Assembly: GCA_036377935.1 (NCBI GenBank)
Contig: DASUXK010000368.1
Span: 1-34,295 of the forward strand
Reading direction: 5' to 3'
Source of the DNA: Usitatibacter sp.
Lineage (GTDB): Bacteria; Pseudomonadota; Gammaproteobacteria; Burkholderiales; Usitatibacteraceae
Length of the DNA stretch: 34,295 nt
The first letter of the stretch is position 1, and every line of letters starts with the position of its first letter. This document shows positions 21,171 to 32,356 of this stretch, in pieces. Position numbers and translations under genes: made by a program. Under the pieces are notes generated by a model, which was not told the origin of the DNA, searched no databases, and worked only from the letters and a program-made list of their open reading frames with translations.

Positions 21171-21229
21171 TCGTCATCCCCGCGCGAGGCGGGGATCCCC
21201 ATGGGCCCCCGCCTGCGCGGGGGCGACGA
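21171..21229. repeat. CGTC-tagged REP-like dimer (two inverted hairpin units)
   Basis: TCGTCATCCCCGCGCGAGGCGGGGATCCC-CAT-GGGCCCCCGCCTGCGCGGGGGCGACGA; the second unit reverse-complements to TCGTCGCCCCCGCGCAGGCGGGGGCCC. Confidence 0.8.
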
Positions 21230-21239
21230 AGTTGAACTT

Positions 21240-21270
21240 GCGAAAAAGGGGCCTGCATCGCCCCTTTCGC
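21240..21270 (-). terminator. Intrinsic terminator/attenuator between rpsB and tsf
   Basis: Minus strand GCGAAAGGGGC-GATGCAG-GCCCCTTTTTCGC: GC stem followed by U5. Confidence 0.75.
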
Positions 21271-21297
21271 TTTCGGGCCCCGTTCGCGGGAGCTCCC

Positions 21298-22044
21298 TTA
21301 CTGCTTCTCGCCGTCCTCGACCTCGACGAACTCCTCGCTCGGCTGGGCCACCATCTCGGTGATGACCTGGCTGCGGCCCTCGAGGATCGCGTCGGCCACG
21401 CCGCGGGCATAGAGCCGGATGGCGCGCGTCGAATCGTCGTTGCCGGGAATCACGTAGTCGATGCCGTCCAGCGAGTTGTTCGAGTCCACCACGCCCACGA
21501 TCGGGATGCCCAGCGTGCGCGCCTCGGTGACCGCGATCTTGTGGAAGCCCACGTCGATCACGAAGAGCGCGTCCGGGATGCCGCCCATGTCCTTGATGCC
21601 GCCCAGGGAGCGCTCGAGCTTCTCGCGCTCGCGGGTGTACATGAGCTGCTCCTTCTTCGACAGCCGCTCGAGCGAGCCGTCGGCAGCCATCTGGTCCATG
21701 TCCTTCAGGCGCTTGATGGAGCCCTTCACGGTCTTGAAGTTGGTGAGCATGCCGCCCAGCCAGCGGAAGTCGACGTACGGCGCGCCCGCGCGCTGCGCCT
21801 CTTCCTTCACGATCTCGCGCGCCTGGCGCTTGGTGCCGACGAAGAGGATGCTCCCCTTGTTCGCGGTGAGCTGGCGCACGAACTTGAGCGCTTCCTGGTA
21901 CATCGGAAGCGACTTCTCGAGGTTGATGATGTGGATCTTGTTGCGGGACCCGAAGATGTACGGAGCCATCTTGGGGTTCCAGTAGCGCGTCTGGTGGCCG
22001 AAGTGCACGCCGGCCTCCAGCATCTGGCGCATGGTGACGGACAT
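21298..22044 (-). CDS. rpsB: 30S ribosomal protein S2
   Basis: [47 protein letters not shown]; SD AGGAG. Confidence 0.99.
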   Translation of the reverse strand: MSVTMRQMLEAGVHFGHQTRYWNPKMAPYIFGSRNKIHIINLEKSLPMYQEALKFVRQLTANKGSILFVGTKRQAREIVKEEAQRAGAPYVDFRWLGGMLTNFKTVKGSIKRLKDMDQMAADGSLERLSKKEQLMYTREREKLERSLGGIKDMGGIPDALFVIDVGFHKIAVTEARTLGIPIVGVVDSNNSLDGIDYVIPGNDDSTRAIRLYARGVADAILEGRSQVITEMVAQPSEEFVEVEDGEKQ

Positions 22045-22145
22045 CGGGAAACTCCTGGGGTTAAGGTTGGCCTCCCCCGCCTTCATTCCCGGCGCGAACC
22101 GGGAACACCTTAGCCTGGGCGGGGTGTGGATTTGCGAAAAAGAAC
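22045..22145 (-). ncRNA. rpsB 5' leader (t44 / S2 autoregulatory element)
   Basis: Positioned between promoter and rpsB; CACAC-CCCGCC...GGCGGG-GGAGG..AACC long stem with internal AAGGTG and apical TTCCCGG/CCGGGAA hairpin, resembling the known t44 layout. Boundaries approximate. Confidence 0.7.
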
Positions 22146-22150
22146 ACGCC

Positions 22151-22180
22151 ATTGTAGCGCGAAAAGGCCCGGCCGATCAA
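22151..22180 (-). promoter_or_regulatory. Candidate sigma70 promoter of the rpsB-tsf operon
   Basis: TTGATC (22180-22175), 18-nt spacer, TACAAT (22156-22151), then GC-rich discriminator GGCGTG. Confidence 0.65.
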
Positions 22181-22239
22181 ACATTTCGCCCCTGCCGGGC
22201 CGGCTCCCGGAACCCCGGGCGGCGCCGGGGACCTAACGG

Positions 22240-22245
22240 TATAAT
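22240..22245 (+). promoter_or_regulatory. -10 box (TATAAT) of map, 6 nt before the first ATG
   Basis: CGGTATAATCGCCGG-ATGATGATGATG; no SD in front of the ATG run. Confidence 0.65.
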
Positions 22246-22251
22246 CGCCGG

Positions 22252-23103
22252 ATGATGATGATGGAAGGAAGCAACCGCACGACGGGCGTGGCCGCGAAGA
22301 CCCCCGGGGAGATCGAGGGGATGCGGGTCGCGGGCCGCCTCGCCGCCGAGGTGCTGGACTACATCGCCCCTTACGTGAAGCCGGGCGTGACCACGGGCTA
22401 CCTGGACAAGCTCTGCCACGACTACATGGTCGAGGTGCAGAAGACGGTCCCCGCCCCGCTCAACTACGCCCCGCCCGGGCACCGTCCCTAGCCCAAGTCG
22501 GTCTGCACCTCGGTGAACCACCAGGTCTGCCACGGCGTGCCGGGCGACAAGGTGCTGCGGCACGGCGACATCGTGAACATCGACGTCACCGTCATCAAGG
22601 ACGGCTGGCACGGCGACACGAGCCGCATGTTCTACGCGGGCGAGCCGTCGGTGCAGGCCCGGCGCCTGTGCGACATCACGTACGAATGCATGTGGAAGGG
22701 CATCGCCGTGGTGCGCCCCGGCGCGACCCTGGGCGACATCGGCCATGCGGTGCAGCGCCACGCCGAGAGCCACGGCTTCAGCGTGGTGCGCGAATTCTGC
22801 GGCCACGGCATCGGGCGCCGCTTCCACGAGGAGCCGCAGATCCTGCACTACGGGCGCCCCGGCCAGGGCCCGAAGCTCGTCGAGGGCATGACCTTCACCG
22901 TCGAGCCGATGATCAACGCGGGCCGCCGCGACATCCGCCAGCTCGCCGACGGCTGGACCATCGTGACCGCCGACCATTCGCTCTCGGCGCAGTGGGAGCA
23001 CACGGTGCTCGTCACCGCCGAAGGCTACGAGGTGCTCACCGTCTCGCAGGGCATGCCGGCCCCGCCCGCCTTCATCGCCGAGCGCGAGCGCCACCCCGCC
23101 TGA
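22252..23103 (+). pseudogene. map: Type I methionine aminopeptidase interrupted by an in-frame TAG at 22489-22491 (pseudogene, readthrough or base-call error)
   Basis: ORFs 22252-22491 and 22513-23103 share a frame: ...APLNYAPPGHRP*PKSVCTSVNHQVCHGVPG..; ligand motifs NIDVT, GDTS, GHGIG, HEEP, EPMIN, QWEHT are intact. Gene identity is secure; pseudogene status is not. Confidence 0.8.
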
Positions 23104-25682
23104 CGCTGAAAACCGCACTGCGCGCCCCCTCGCAAGCGGCCCCGGCACCGGGCACCCGCGCCTGGCTGCGGGAGCGGCGCGAGATGCTTCGGGCGCGCTA
23201 CCTGCGCCGCCCCGAGCCGCGCGCGAACCTCGTCGCCAACGCCGCCGCCGTCGACGAGATGCTGCAGCGGCTGTGGGCCGCGCACGTCGACGACCCGTCC
23301 CTCGCGCTGGTCGGCGTGGGCGGCTACGGCCGCGGCGCGCTCTTCCCCCATTCGGACGTGGACGTCCTCGTGCTGCTCCCCGACGGGCGCGAGGCGGGCG
23401 GCGCGGTCGAGCGGTTCATCGGCGCGCTGTGGGACACCGGGCTCGAGCCGGGCCACAGCGTTCGCACCGTCGGCGAGTGCGTCCAGGAGGCGGCGCGCGA
23501 CGTGACCGTGGATACGAGCCTGCTCGAGTCGCGCCTCGTGGCGGGCGATGCGGCGCTCCTCGCGGCGCTGGAGTCGCGGCTGCGCGAGCGGCGCAGCGTG
23601 CGCGAGTTCTTCGAGGCCAAGTTCCGCGAGCAGAAGGCGCGCCACGAGCGCTACCAGGAGGCGGCCTACAACCTCGAGCCGAACATCAAGGAAAGCCCCG
23701 GGGGCCTGCGCGACCTGCAGATGGTGCTGTGGCTCGCGCGCGCGGCGGGCCTCGGCCGCTCGTGGAAGGAGCTCGCCGCGCAGGAGCTCATCACCGGTCG
23801 CGAGGCCTCCGACATCGCCGCGAACGAGCGCGTGCTGCAGGACCTGCGGATCCGCCTGCACTACCTCGCGGGCCGGCGCGAGGACCGGCTCGTCTTCGAC
23901 CACCAGATCGAGATCGCGGCGCAGCTGAAGCTCGGCGGGCGCGGCGCGATGGCGCCTTCCGACATGCTGATGCGCCGCTACTACCTCGCGGCGAAGGCGA
24001 TCTGGCGCTTCAACCAGATCCTGCTCTCCAACCTCTTCGAGCGGATCACGCCCGAGTCGGAGCGCAAGGTGAGGAAGCTCGACGAGGACTTCGTCGTCGA
24101 CAACCGCACGCTCGAGCCGCGCGACGAGCGGCTCTTCGAGAAGCGCCCCGGCATGATCCTCGAGGCGTTCATCCGGCTGCAGGACCATCGCGGCATCGTG
24201 GGGCTGGGGCCGACGGCGCTGCGCTCGCTCTCGCGCGCGCTGCCGCTCGTCGACCGGCGCTTGCGCGCGAGCCGCGAGAACCGCGAGCGCTTCATGCGCA
24301 TCCTGCGCGGCGACCGGCTCACGTGGACGCTGCGGCGCATGAGCCGCTACGGCGTCCTCGGGCGCTACCTGCCCGCGTTCGGGCGGATCGTCGGGCAGAT
24401 GCAGCACGACCTCTTCCACGTGTACACGGTGGACGAGCACATCCTCATGGTGATCCGCAACCTGCGCCGGCTGCGGATCCCGCGCTTCGACCACGAGTTC
24501 CCCCTGCCTTCGCGGCTCATGCAGGAGTTCGAGCCGGTGGAGGTGCTCTACCTCGCGGCCCTCTTCCACGACATCGCCAAGGGCCGCGGCGGCGACCACT
24601 CGCACCTCGGGGCGCACGACGCGCTGCGCTTCTGCCGCGCGCACGGCGTGCCCCGCGCCGACGCCGAGCTCGTCGCCTGGCTCGTCGAGCACCACCTCGA
24701 CATGTCCTCCACCGCGCAGAAGCAGGACCTGAGCGATCCCGAGGTGATCGCCGCGTTCGCGACCGAGGTGGGCGACGAGCGCGCGCTCACGGCGCTCTAC
24801 ATCCTCACCGTCGCCGACATCCGCGGCACGAGCCCGGTCGTGTGGAACGCGTGGAAGGGCAAGCTCCTCGAGGACCTCTTCATCCTCACGCGCCGGCTGC
24901 TGCGCGGCGAGACCGACTACGCGGCCTCGTGGATCGCGGCGAAGAAGGAGGAGGCGCTGCGCATCTTCCGCCAGTACGTGCCGCAGCCCGGCCGCGAGGA
25001 GGCGCTCTGGCGCCACCTCGACGACAACTCCTTCCAGCGCTTCGAGGCCACCGAGATCGGCTGGCACACGCGCACCCTCTGGTCGCGCGTGGCGCCGGAG
25101 AAGCCGATCGTGCGGGCGCGGCTATCGCCCGTCGGCGAGGGTCTGCAGGTGCTGGTGTACGCGTCCGACCAGCCCGGCCTCTTCGCGCGCATCACCGGCT
25201 TCTTCGAGCGCATGCAGCTCGACGTGGCCGCCGCGAAGATCTACACGACGCAGCACGGATTCGCGCTGGACAGCTTCCAGCTCCTCACGCGCTCGCGCGG
25301 GGCCGAGCATTACCGCGACCTCATCCAGAAGGTGGAGTCCGGCCTCGCGCCGCGCATCGCCCCCGGCGCGCCGCTCGAGGCCGCGCCCTCGGGACGCGTC
25401 TCGCGCTGGGTGAAGCACTTCCCGATCGAGCCGCGGGTGGAGATCGCGCCCGATCGCCATCCCGGCCGCTGGCTCGTCTCCGTGAGCTGCGCCGACCGCC
25501 CGGGGCTGCTCTCGGCCATCGCGCGCCGGCTCCTCGACCACGGCCTGAACCTCGTCGACGCCCGCGTGACGACCCTCGGCCTGCGCGCCGAGGACGCCTT
25601 CGTCGTGAACGGCCCGGAGCTCGAGGATCCCGCGCAGCGCGAGGCGATCGCCTCCGAGCTGCGCGACTCCGTCGCCACGTAA
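23100..25682 (+). CDS. glnD: [Protein-PII] uridylyltransferase / uridylyl-removing enzyme
   Basis: GGYGRGALFPHSDVD, EPNIKESPGGLRD, MQHDLFHVYTVDEH, FHDIAKGRGGDHS, two ACT domains (DQPGLF, DRPGLL). Start uncertain: CTG 23100 or ATG 23184. Confidence 0.96.
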   Translation: MTLKTALRAPSQAAPAPGTRAWLRERREMLRARYLRRPEPRANLVANAAAVDEMLQRLWAAHVDDPSLALVGVGGYGRGALFPHSDVDVLVLLPDGREAGGAVERFIGALWDTGLEPGHSVRTVGECVQEAARDVTVDTSLLESRLVAGDAALLAALESRLRERRSVREFFEAKFREQKARHERYQEAAYNLEPNIKESPGGLRDLQMVLWLARAAGLGRSWKELAAQELITGREASDIAANERVLQDLRIRLHYLAGRREDRLVFDHQIEIAAQLKLGGRGAMAPSDMLMRRYYLAAKAIWRFNQILLSNLFERITPESERKVRKLDEDFVVDNRTLEPRDERLFEKRPGMILEAFIRLQDHRGIVGLGPTALRSLSRALPLVDRRLRASRENRERFMRILRGDRLTWTLRRMSRYGVLGRYLPAFGRIVGQMQHDLFHVYTVDEHILMVIRNLRRLRIPRFDHEFPLPSRLMQEFEPVEVLYLAALFHDIAKGRGGDHSHLGAHDALRFCRAHGVPRADAELVAWLVEHHLDMSSTAQKQDLSDPEVIAAFATEVGDERALTALYILTVADIRGTSPVVWNAWKGKLLEDLFILTRRLLRGETDYAASWIAAKKEEALRIFRQYVPQPGREEALWRHLDDNSFQRFEATEIGWHTRTLWSRVAPEKPIVRARLSPVGEGLQVLVYASDQPGLFARITGFFERMQLDVAAAKIYTTQHGFALDSFQLLTRSRGAEHYRDLIQKVESGLAPRIAPGAPLEAAPSGRVSRWVKHFPIEPRVEIAPDRHPGRWLVSVSCADRPGLLSAIARRLLDHGLNLVDARVTTLGLRAEDAFVVNGPELEDPAQREAIASELRDSVAT

Positions 25683-25773
25683 AACCGGGGACAGACCCCA
25701 TTTTCTAAAGCGCGAAACGAGGTGATGCCTCGCTTCGTTTCGCACTTTAGAAAATGGGGTCTGTCCCCGGTTT
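25682..25773. repeat. 92-bp near-perfect inverted repeat (REP/MITE-like), probably also a bidirectional terminator
   Basis: Arms 25682-25720 and 25735-25773 (39 nt, one mismatch), 14-nt loop; each arm holds the GGGGACAGACCCC mini-palindrome plus ATTTT. Confidence 0.92.
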
Positions 25774-26138
25774 CAGGGCGCCGGCTTGCGGTCGGAGAGG
25801 AGGATCCAGCCGCGGATCACGCGGTAGAGGTACCAGATGAAGAGGATCGCCCAGATCAGCCACACCAGCGGGATGCCGACGATCGTGACGAACAGGATCA
25901 CGGTGGCGACCGAGCAGATGACGACCCAGAGGATGCCCCACCAGAACGTGCGCGACAGCCACGAGTAGTGGGAATCGAGCCAGGTGCCGCGCACCGAGTC
26001 GCGCGTCGACATGCCGACGATGATGGCGGCGACGGCGAGCAGCCACGCGGTGAACGGCGCGAGCAGGTGCAGCAGGTACAGGACGTTCACGGTGCCGGTC
26101 GGGGGCGAAGGCTGCGCGACCGGGGGGTTCGTCGCCAT
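25773..26138 (-). CDS. Small membrane protein (DUF4870-like)
   Basis: Three hydrophobic segments; GTWLDSHYSWLSRTFWWG and WYLYRVIRGW motifs; SD AGGAG. Confidence 0.8.
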   Translation of the reverse strand: MATNPPVAQPSPPTGTVNVLYLLHLLAPFTAWLLAVAAIIVGMSTRDSVRGTWLDSHYSWLSRTFWWGILWVVICSVATVILFVTIVGIPLVWLIWAILFIWYLYRVIRGWILLSDRKPAP

Positions 26139-26147
26139 GGCGGGCTC

Positions 26148-26258
26148 CTATCGGTAGTAGAGCGAACGCAGGCTCTCGAGGGCGCGGCGGCGCTTCGGCG
26201 CATCGGCGCTCGAGAGGTCGGATTGCAGCGGGTCGCGCAGGCGATCGCGATCATTCAT
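26148..26258 (-). CDS. Putative 36-aa small protein [36 protein letters not shown]
   Basis: GAGGAG 7 nt before the ATG; start overlaps the end of def (ATGAATGA); TAG stop overlaps the next gene's SD; GC3-rich codons. Confidence 0.45.
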   Translation of the reverse strand: MNDRDRLRDPLQSDLSSADAPKRRRALESLRSLYYR

Positions 26259-26784
26259 CGACCAGCTCCTCGCCGGGAAACAGCTCCTCGATGAACCCGA
26301 ACCGGCTGAGGTCCGTCATGCGCTGCGGATAGAGGATGCCGTCGAGGTGGTCGCACTCGTGCTGCACGACGCGCGCATGGAAGCCTTCCGCCTCGCGCTC
26401 GACGGGCTCGCCGTGCTCGTCGAACCCGGAATAGCGAAGCCTCGTGTAGCGGGGCACGACGCCGCGCATCCCGGGCACCGAGAGGCACCCCTCCCAGCCT
26501 TCCTCCACTTCGCGCGTGAGCAGGACGATCTTCGGGTTCACCAGCACGGTGAACGGGACCTCCTCGGCATCGGGATAGCGGGGGTTCTTCGTGACGCCGA
26601 AGATCACCACGCGCTGTCCGACGCCGATCTGCGGCGCCGCGAGCCCCGCGCCGTTCTTCGCGGCCATCGTGTCCTTCATGTCCTGCACGAGCGCGAGGAG
26701 CTCCGGCGAGCCCGGCTTCTCCACCGGCTTCGCGCGCTCCCTCAGCACGGGATGGCCCATGCGCAGCACCTCACGAACGGCCAT
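26251..26784 (-). CDS. def: Peptide deformylase
   Basis: [24 protein letters not shown]. Confidence 0.97.
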   Translation of the reverse strand: MAVREVLRMGHPVLRERAKPVEKPGSPELLALVQDMKDTMAAKNGAGLAAPQIGVGQRVVIFGVTKNPRYPDAEEVPFTVLVNPKIVLLTREVEEGWEGCLSVPGMRGVVPRYTRLRYSGFDEHGEPVEREAEGFHARVVQHECDHLDGILYPQRMTDLSRFGFIEELFPGEELVDE

Positions 26785-27520
26785 TTCGCTCCACCATCTT
26801 CCCGACGATCATCCTCACCTTCGCCATGCTCTCCTCGATCACCGGCCCGATGTCGGCGAGCGCGATCGCCTGCGCGCTCGCGCCGCGCCCGGCCGCCGCG
26901 TTCACCACGACGGCGAGCGCGGCGTAGCCCAGGCCCAGCTCGCGGGCGAGCGCCGCCTCCGGCATGCCGGTCATTCCCACCATCGTCGCGCCGTCGCGCT
27001 CCAGCCGGTCGATCTCGGCCTTGGTCTCCAGGCGCGGCCCCTGCGTCGCGGCGTAAGTGCCGCCGTCGGACACCGCGATGCCCACCTCGCGTGCCGCCTC
27101 GACCGCCGCGCGGCGCAGCTCCTCCGTGTACGGATGCGTGAAGTCGATGTGCGTCACCGGCTGCTCCGACCCCTCGAAGTACGTCGACGGCCGGCCCCAA
27201 GTGTAATCGATGATCTGGTCCGGGACGGCGATCGTGCCGGCGGTCAGGTGCGCGGCGATCCCGCCCACCGTGCACACCGCGATGACGTTCGTCACGCCCT
27301 GCGCCTGCAGCGCCCACAGGTTGGCGCGGTAGTTCACCTCGTGCGGCGCGAGCGTGTGCGCATAGCCGTGGCGCGCGAGGAACACCGCCTCCGCCTCGCC
27401 GATGTGCCCGAACGTGAGCGGCCCCGACGGCTCGCCGTAGGGCGTGCGGACGATCTGGCGGTGGGTGATCTCGAGGTTGGCGAGGCGCGTGAGGCCGCTG
27501 CCTCCGATGATGGCGATCAT
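26771..27520 (-). CDS. S-methyl-5'-thioinosine / 5'-methylthioadenosine phosphorylase (MTAP family)
   Basis: [59 protein letters not shown]; VVN.AAG suggests the 6-oxopurine (MTI) type. Confidence 0.9.
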   Translation of the reverse strand: MIAIIGGSGLTRLANLEITHRQIVRTPYGEPSGPLTFGHIGEAEAVFLARHGYAHTLAPHEVNYRANLWALQAQGVTNVIAVCTVGGIAAHLTAGTIAVPDQIIDYTWGRPSTYFEGSEQPVTHIDFTHPYTEELRRAAVEAAREVGIAVSDGGTYAATQGPRLETKAEIDRLERDGATMVGMTGMPEAALARELGLGYAALAVVVNAAAGRGASAQAIALADIGPVIEESMAKVRMIVGKMVERNGRS

Positions 27521-27538
27521 GGGTCGCTGGAAGTCGAT

Positions 27539-27604
27539 GGAATCACGGATGAACACCGATGAACACGGATGGTCCTGGTCGAGTCTGTGTCCATCCGGGG
27601 CTCC
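27539..27604. repeat. Inverted element with 10-nt periodic CACGGATGAA units
   Basis: GGAAT-CACGGATGAA-CACCGATGAA-CACGGATGG ... TCTGTGTCCATCCGGGGCTCC (rc GGAGC-CCCGGATGGA-CACAGA). Confidence 0.75.
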
Positions 27605-27611
27605 TCACGCC

Positions 27612-28154
27612 TTAATCTTTAAGTGCATAGATGGCCGGCAGGTTGCGCCACAAGCCGTAGGCGTCCATCCCGAAGCCGAACACGTAGCGGTTGGGCACGG
27701 TGACGCCCACGAAGTCCGCGTGCGCGGGCTTCGCCCGGCCGATGTCCTTGTCGGCGAAGACCGCGGCGTAGACCTTGCGCGCGCCCATCTCCTCCAGCTT
27801 CGCGCGGATCGCGGCCAGCGTCACGCCCTCGTCGAGGATGTCGTCCACGACGAGCACCGTGCGATCGCGCACGTTGTCGCGCGGGGGCAGGCGCCAGGAG
27901 ATCTCGCGGCCCTGCGTGTCGTTGTTGTAGCGCGTGACCTCGATCGCGCCGAACTCGAGCGGGAAGGCGAGGAGCGGCAGCAGCCGGCCGGTGAAGACCG
28001 CCGCGCCGCCCATCACCGAGAGCACGACGGGGAACTCGTCGCGCAGCCGCGCGGAGATCTCCCCCGCCATCCGCGAGACCGCGCGATCCACCTCTTGCGC
28101 GGTGCACAGCAGGTCCGCTTCGTCGAGCAGGCGCTGCGCATCGCGGCGGTTCAC
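27612..28154 (-). CDS. hpt: Hypoxanthine-guanine phosphoribosyltransferase
   Basis: PRPP motif [33 protein letters not shown]; GTGA overlap with galU. Confidence 0.92.
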   Translation of the reverse strand: MNRRDAQRLLDEADLLCTAQEVDRAVSRMAGEISARLRDEFPVVLSVMGGAAVFTGRLLPLLAFPLEFGAIEVTRYNNDTQGREISWRLPPRDNVRDRTVLVVDDILDEGVTLAAIRAKLEEMGARKVYAAVFADKDIGRAKPAHADFVGVTVPNRYVFGFGMDAYGLWRNLPAIYALKD

Positions 28155-29044
28155 GAGCGCTTCGCGGGCACGGCGGCCGCGACCGTCTCGTTCAGGAACG
28201 TCTTGAAGGGCGCGGCGACCTCGGGGTGCTTCAGCGCGTAGTTCACGGTGGCCTCGAGGTAGCCCAGCTTCGAGCCGCAATCGTAGCGCCGCCCGTCGAA
28301 CTCGTAGGCGAACACCGGCTCCTCGCGCATCAGCCGCCCGATCGCGTCGGTGAGCTGGATCTCCCGGCCCGCGCCCGGGCGCAGGTTCTCGAGGAAGTGG
28401 AAGATGCGCGGCGAGAGGATGTAGCGGCCGACGACGCCGAGCGTCGACGGCGCGTCCTCGGGCTTGGGCTTCTCGACGATCGCGGTGACCCGCGAGATCG
28501 AAGGGCCGATGCGCTCGGCCGAGACGATGCCGTACGAGGCGGTGTCCTCGCGCGCGACGTCCTGCACCGCGACGATGCTCCCGCCGTGGCGCGCGTGCGC
28601 CTGGGCCATCTGCCGCATCACGGGCAGCGGCGCGTCGATGAGGTCGTCGGCGAGGATCACGGCGAAGGGCTGGTCGCCCACGAGGTGGCGCGCGCGCAGC
28701 ACCGCGTGGCCGAGCCCCAGCGCCTCGGACTGGCGGATGTACGTGCAGCTCACGCCTTCGGGAAGCAGCCCGCGCACCTCGCGCAGCAGCTTGTTCTTGC
28801 CGTGCGCCTGCAGCTCCGCCTCGAGCTCGTAGGCCTTGTCGAAGTGGTCCTCGATCGCGCGCTTGCCGCGCCCGGTGATGAAGATCATCTCCGTGATGCC
28901 CGCCGCGACCGCCTCCTCCACCGCGTACTGGATGAGGGGCTTGTCGACGATGGGCAGCATCTCCTTGGGAGAGGCCTTGGTGGCGGGCAGGAAGCGGGTG
29001 CCGAGCCCCGCGACGGGGAATACCGCCTTGGTGATCTTGTGCAT
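28151..29044 (-). CDS. galU: UTP--glucose-1-phosphate uridylyltransferase
   Basis: [62 protein letters not shown]. Confidence 0.97.
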   Translation of the reverse strand: MHKITKAVFPVAGLGTRFLPATKASPKEMLPIVDKPLIQYAVEEAVAAGITEMIFITGRGKRAIEDHFDKAYELEAELQAHGKNKLLREVRGLLPEGVSCTYIRQSEALGLGHAVLRARHLVGDQPFAVILADDLIDAPLPVMRQMAQAHARHGGSIVAVQDVAREDTASYGIVSAERIGPSISRVTAIVEKPKPEDAPSTLGVVGRYILSPRIFHFLENLRPGAGREIQLTDAIGRLMREEPVFAYEFDGRRYDCGSKLGYLEATVNYALKHPEVAAPFKTFLNETVAAAVPAKRS

Positions 29045-29058
29045 TGTCGTCGGTACGG

Positions 29059-32205
<3,147 letters not shown>

Positions 32206-32215
32206 TCAAACGGTT

Positions 32216-32350
32216 GGAACGACGGATGAACGCGGGTGGACACCGACGACCGGGGTACATCCGGCCATCGAGCCATGCACGACCGGCACGTTGCGATCGC
32301 TTATGGTTCTCGCGCCTCATCTGGGTTCATCTGTGTTCATCGGGGGTTCC
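32216..32350. repeat. Second inverted element with 10-nt periodic CAC(G/A)GATGAA units
   Basis: Left GGAAC-GACGGATGAA-CGCGGGTGGA-CACCGACGA; right arm rc GGAAC-CCCCGATGAA-CACAGATGAA-CCCAGATGA. Confidence 0.7.
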
Positions 32351-32356
32351 CGTCTT

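Noticed and set aside
22489-22491. Genome-wide TAG reassignment or pyrrolysine system
   Set aside because: TAG is the natural stop at 3457, 4104, 6330, 11868 and 29059; no other core gene here has an internal TAG; no pyl genes or tRNA in the window
25722-26294. ORFs starting or ending in the palindrome (KPGTDPIF / KWGLSPV peptides)
   Set aside because: The repeated peptides are translations of the two arms of the DNA inverted repeat
27521-27556. N-terminal extension of the phosphorylase from GTG 27556 (likewise tsf from 21258 and zipA from 32276)
   Set aside because: These starts fall in or read through repeat/terminator DNA; family-typical N-termini begin at 27520, 21156 and 32186
27539-27604. 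CRISPR array
   Set aside because: Units are 10 nt, directly tandem with no spacers, and there are no cas genes
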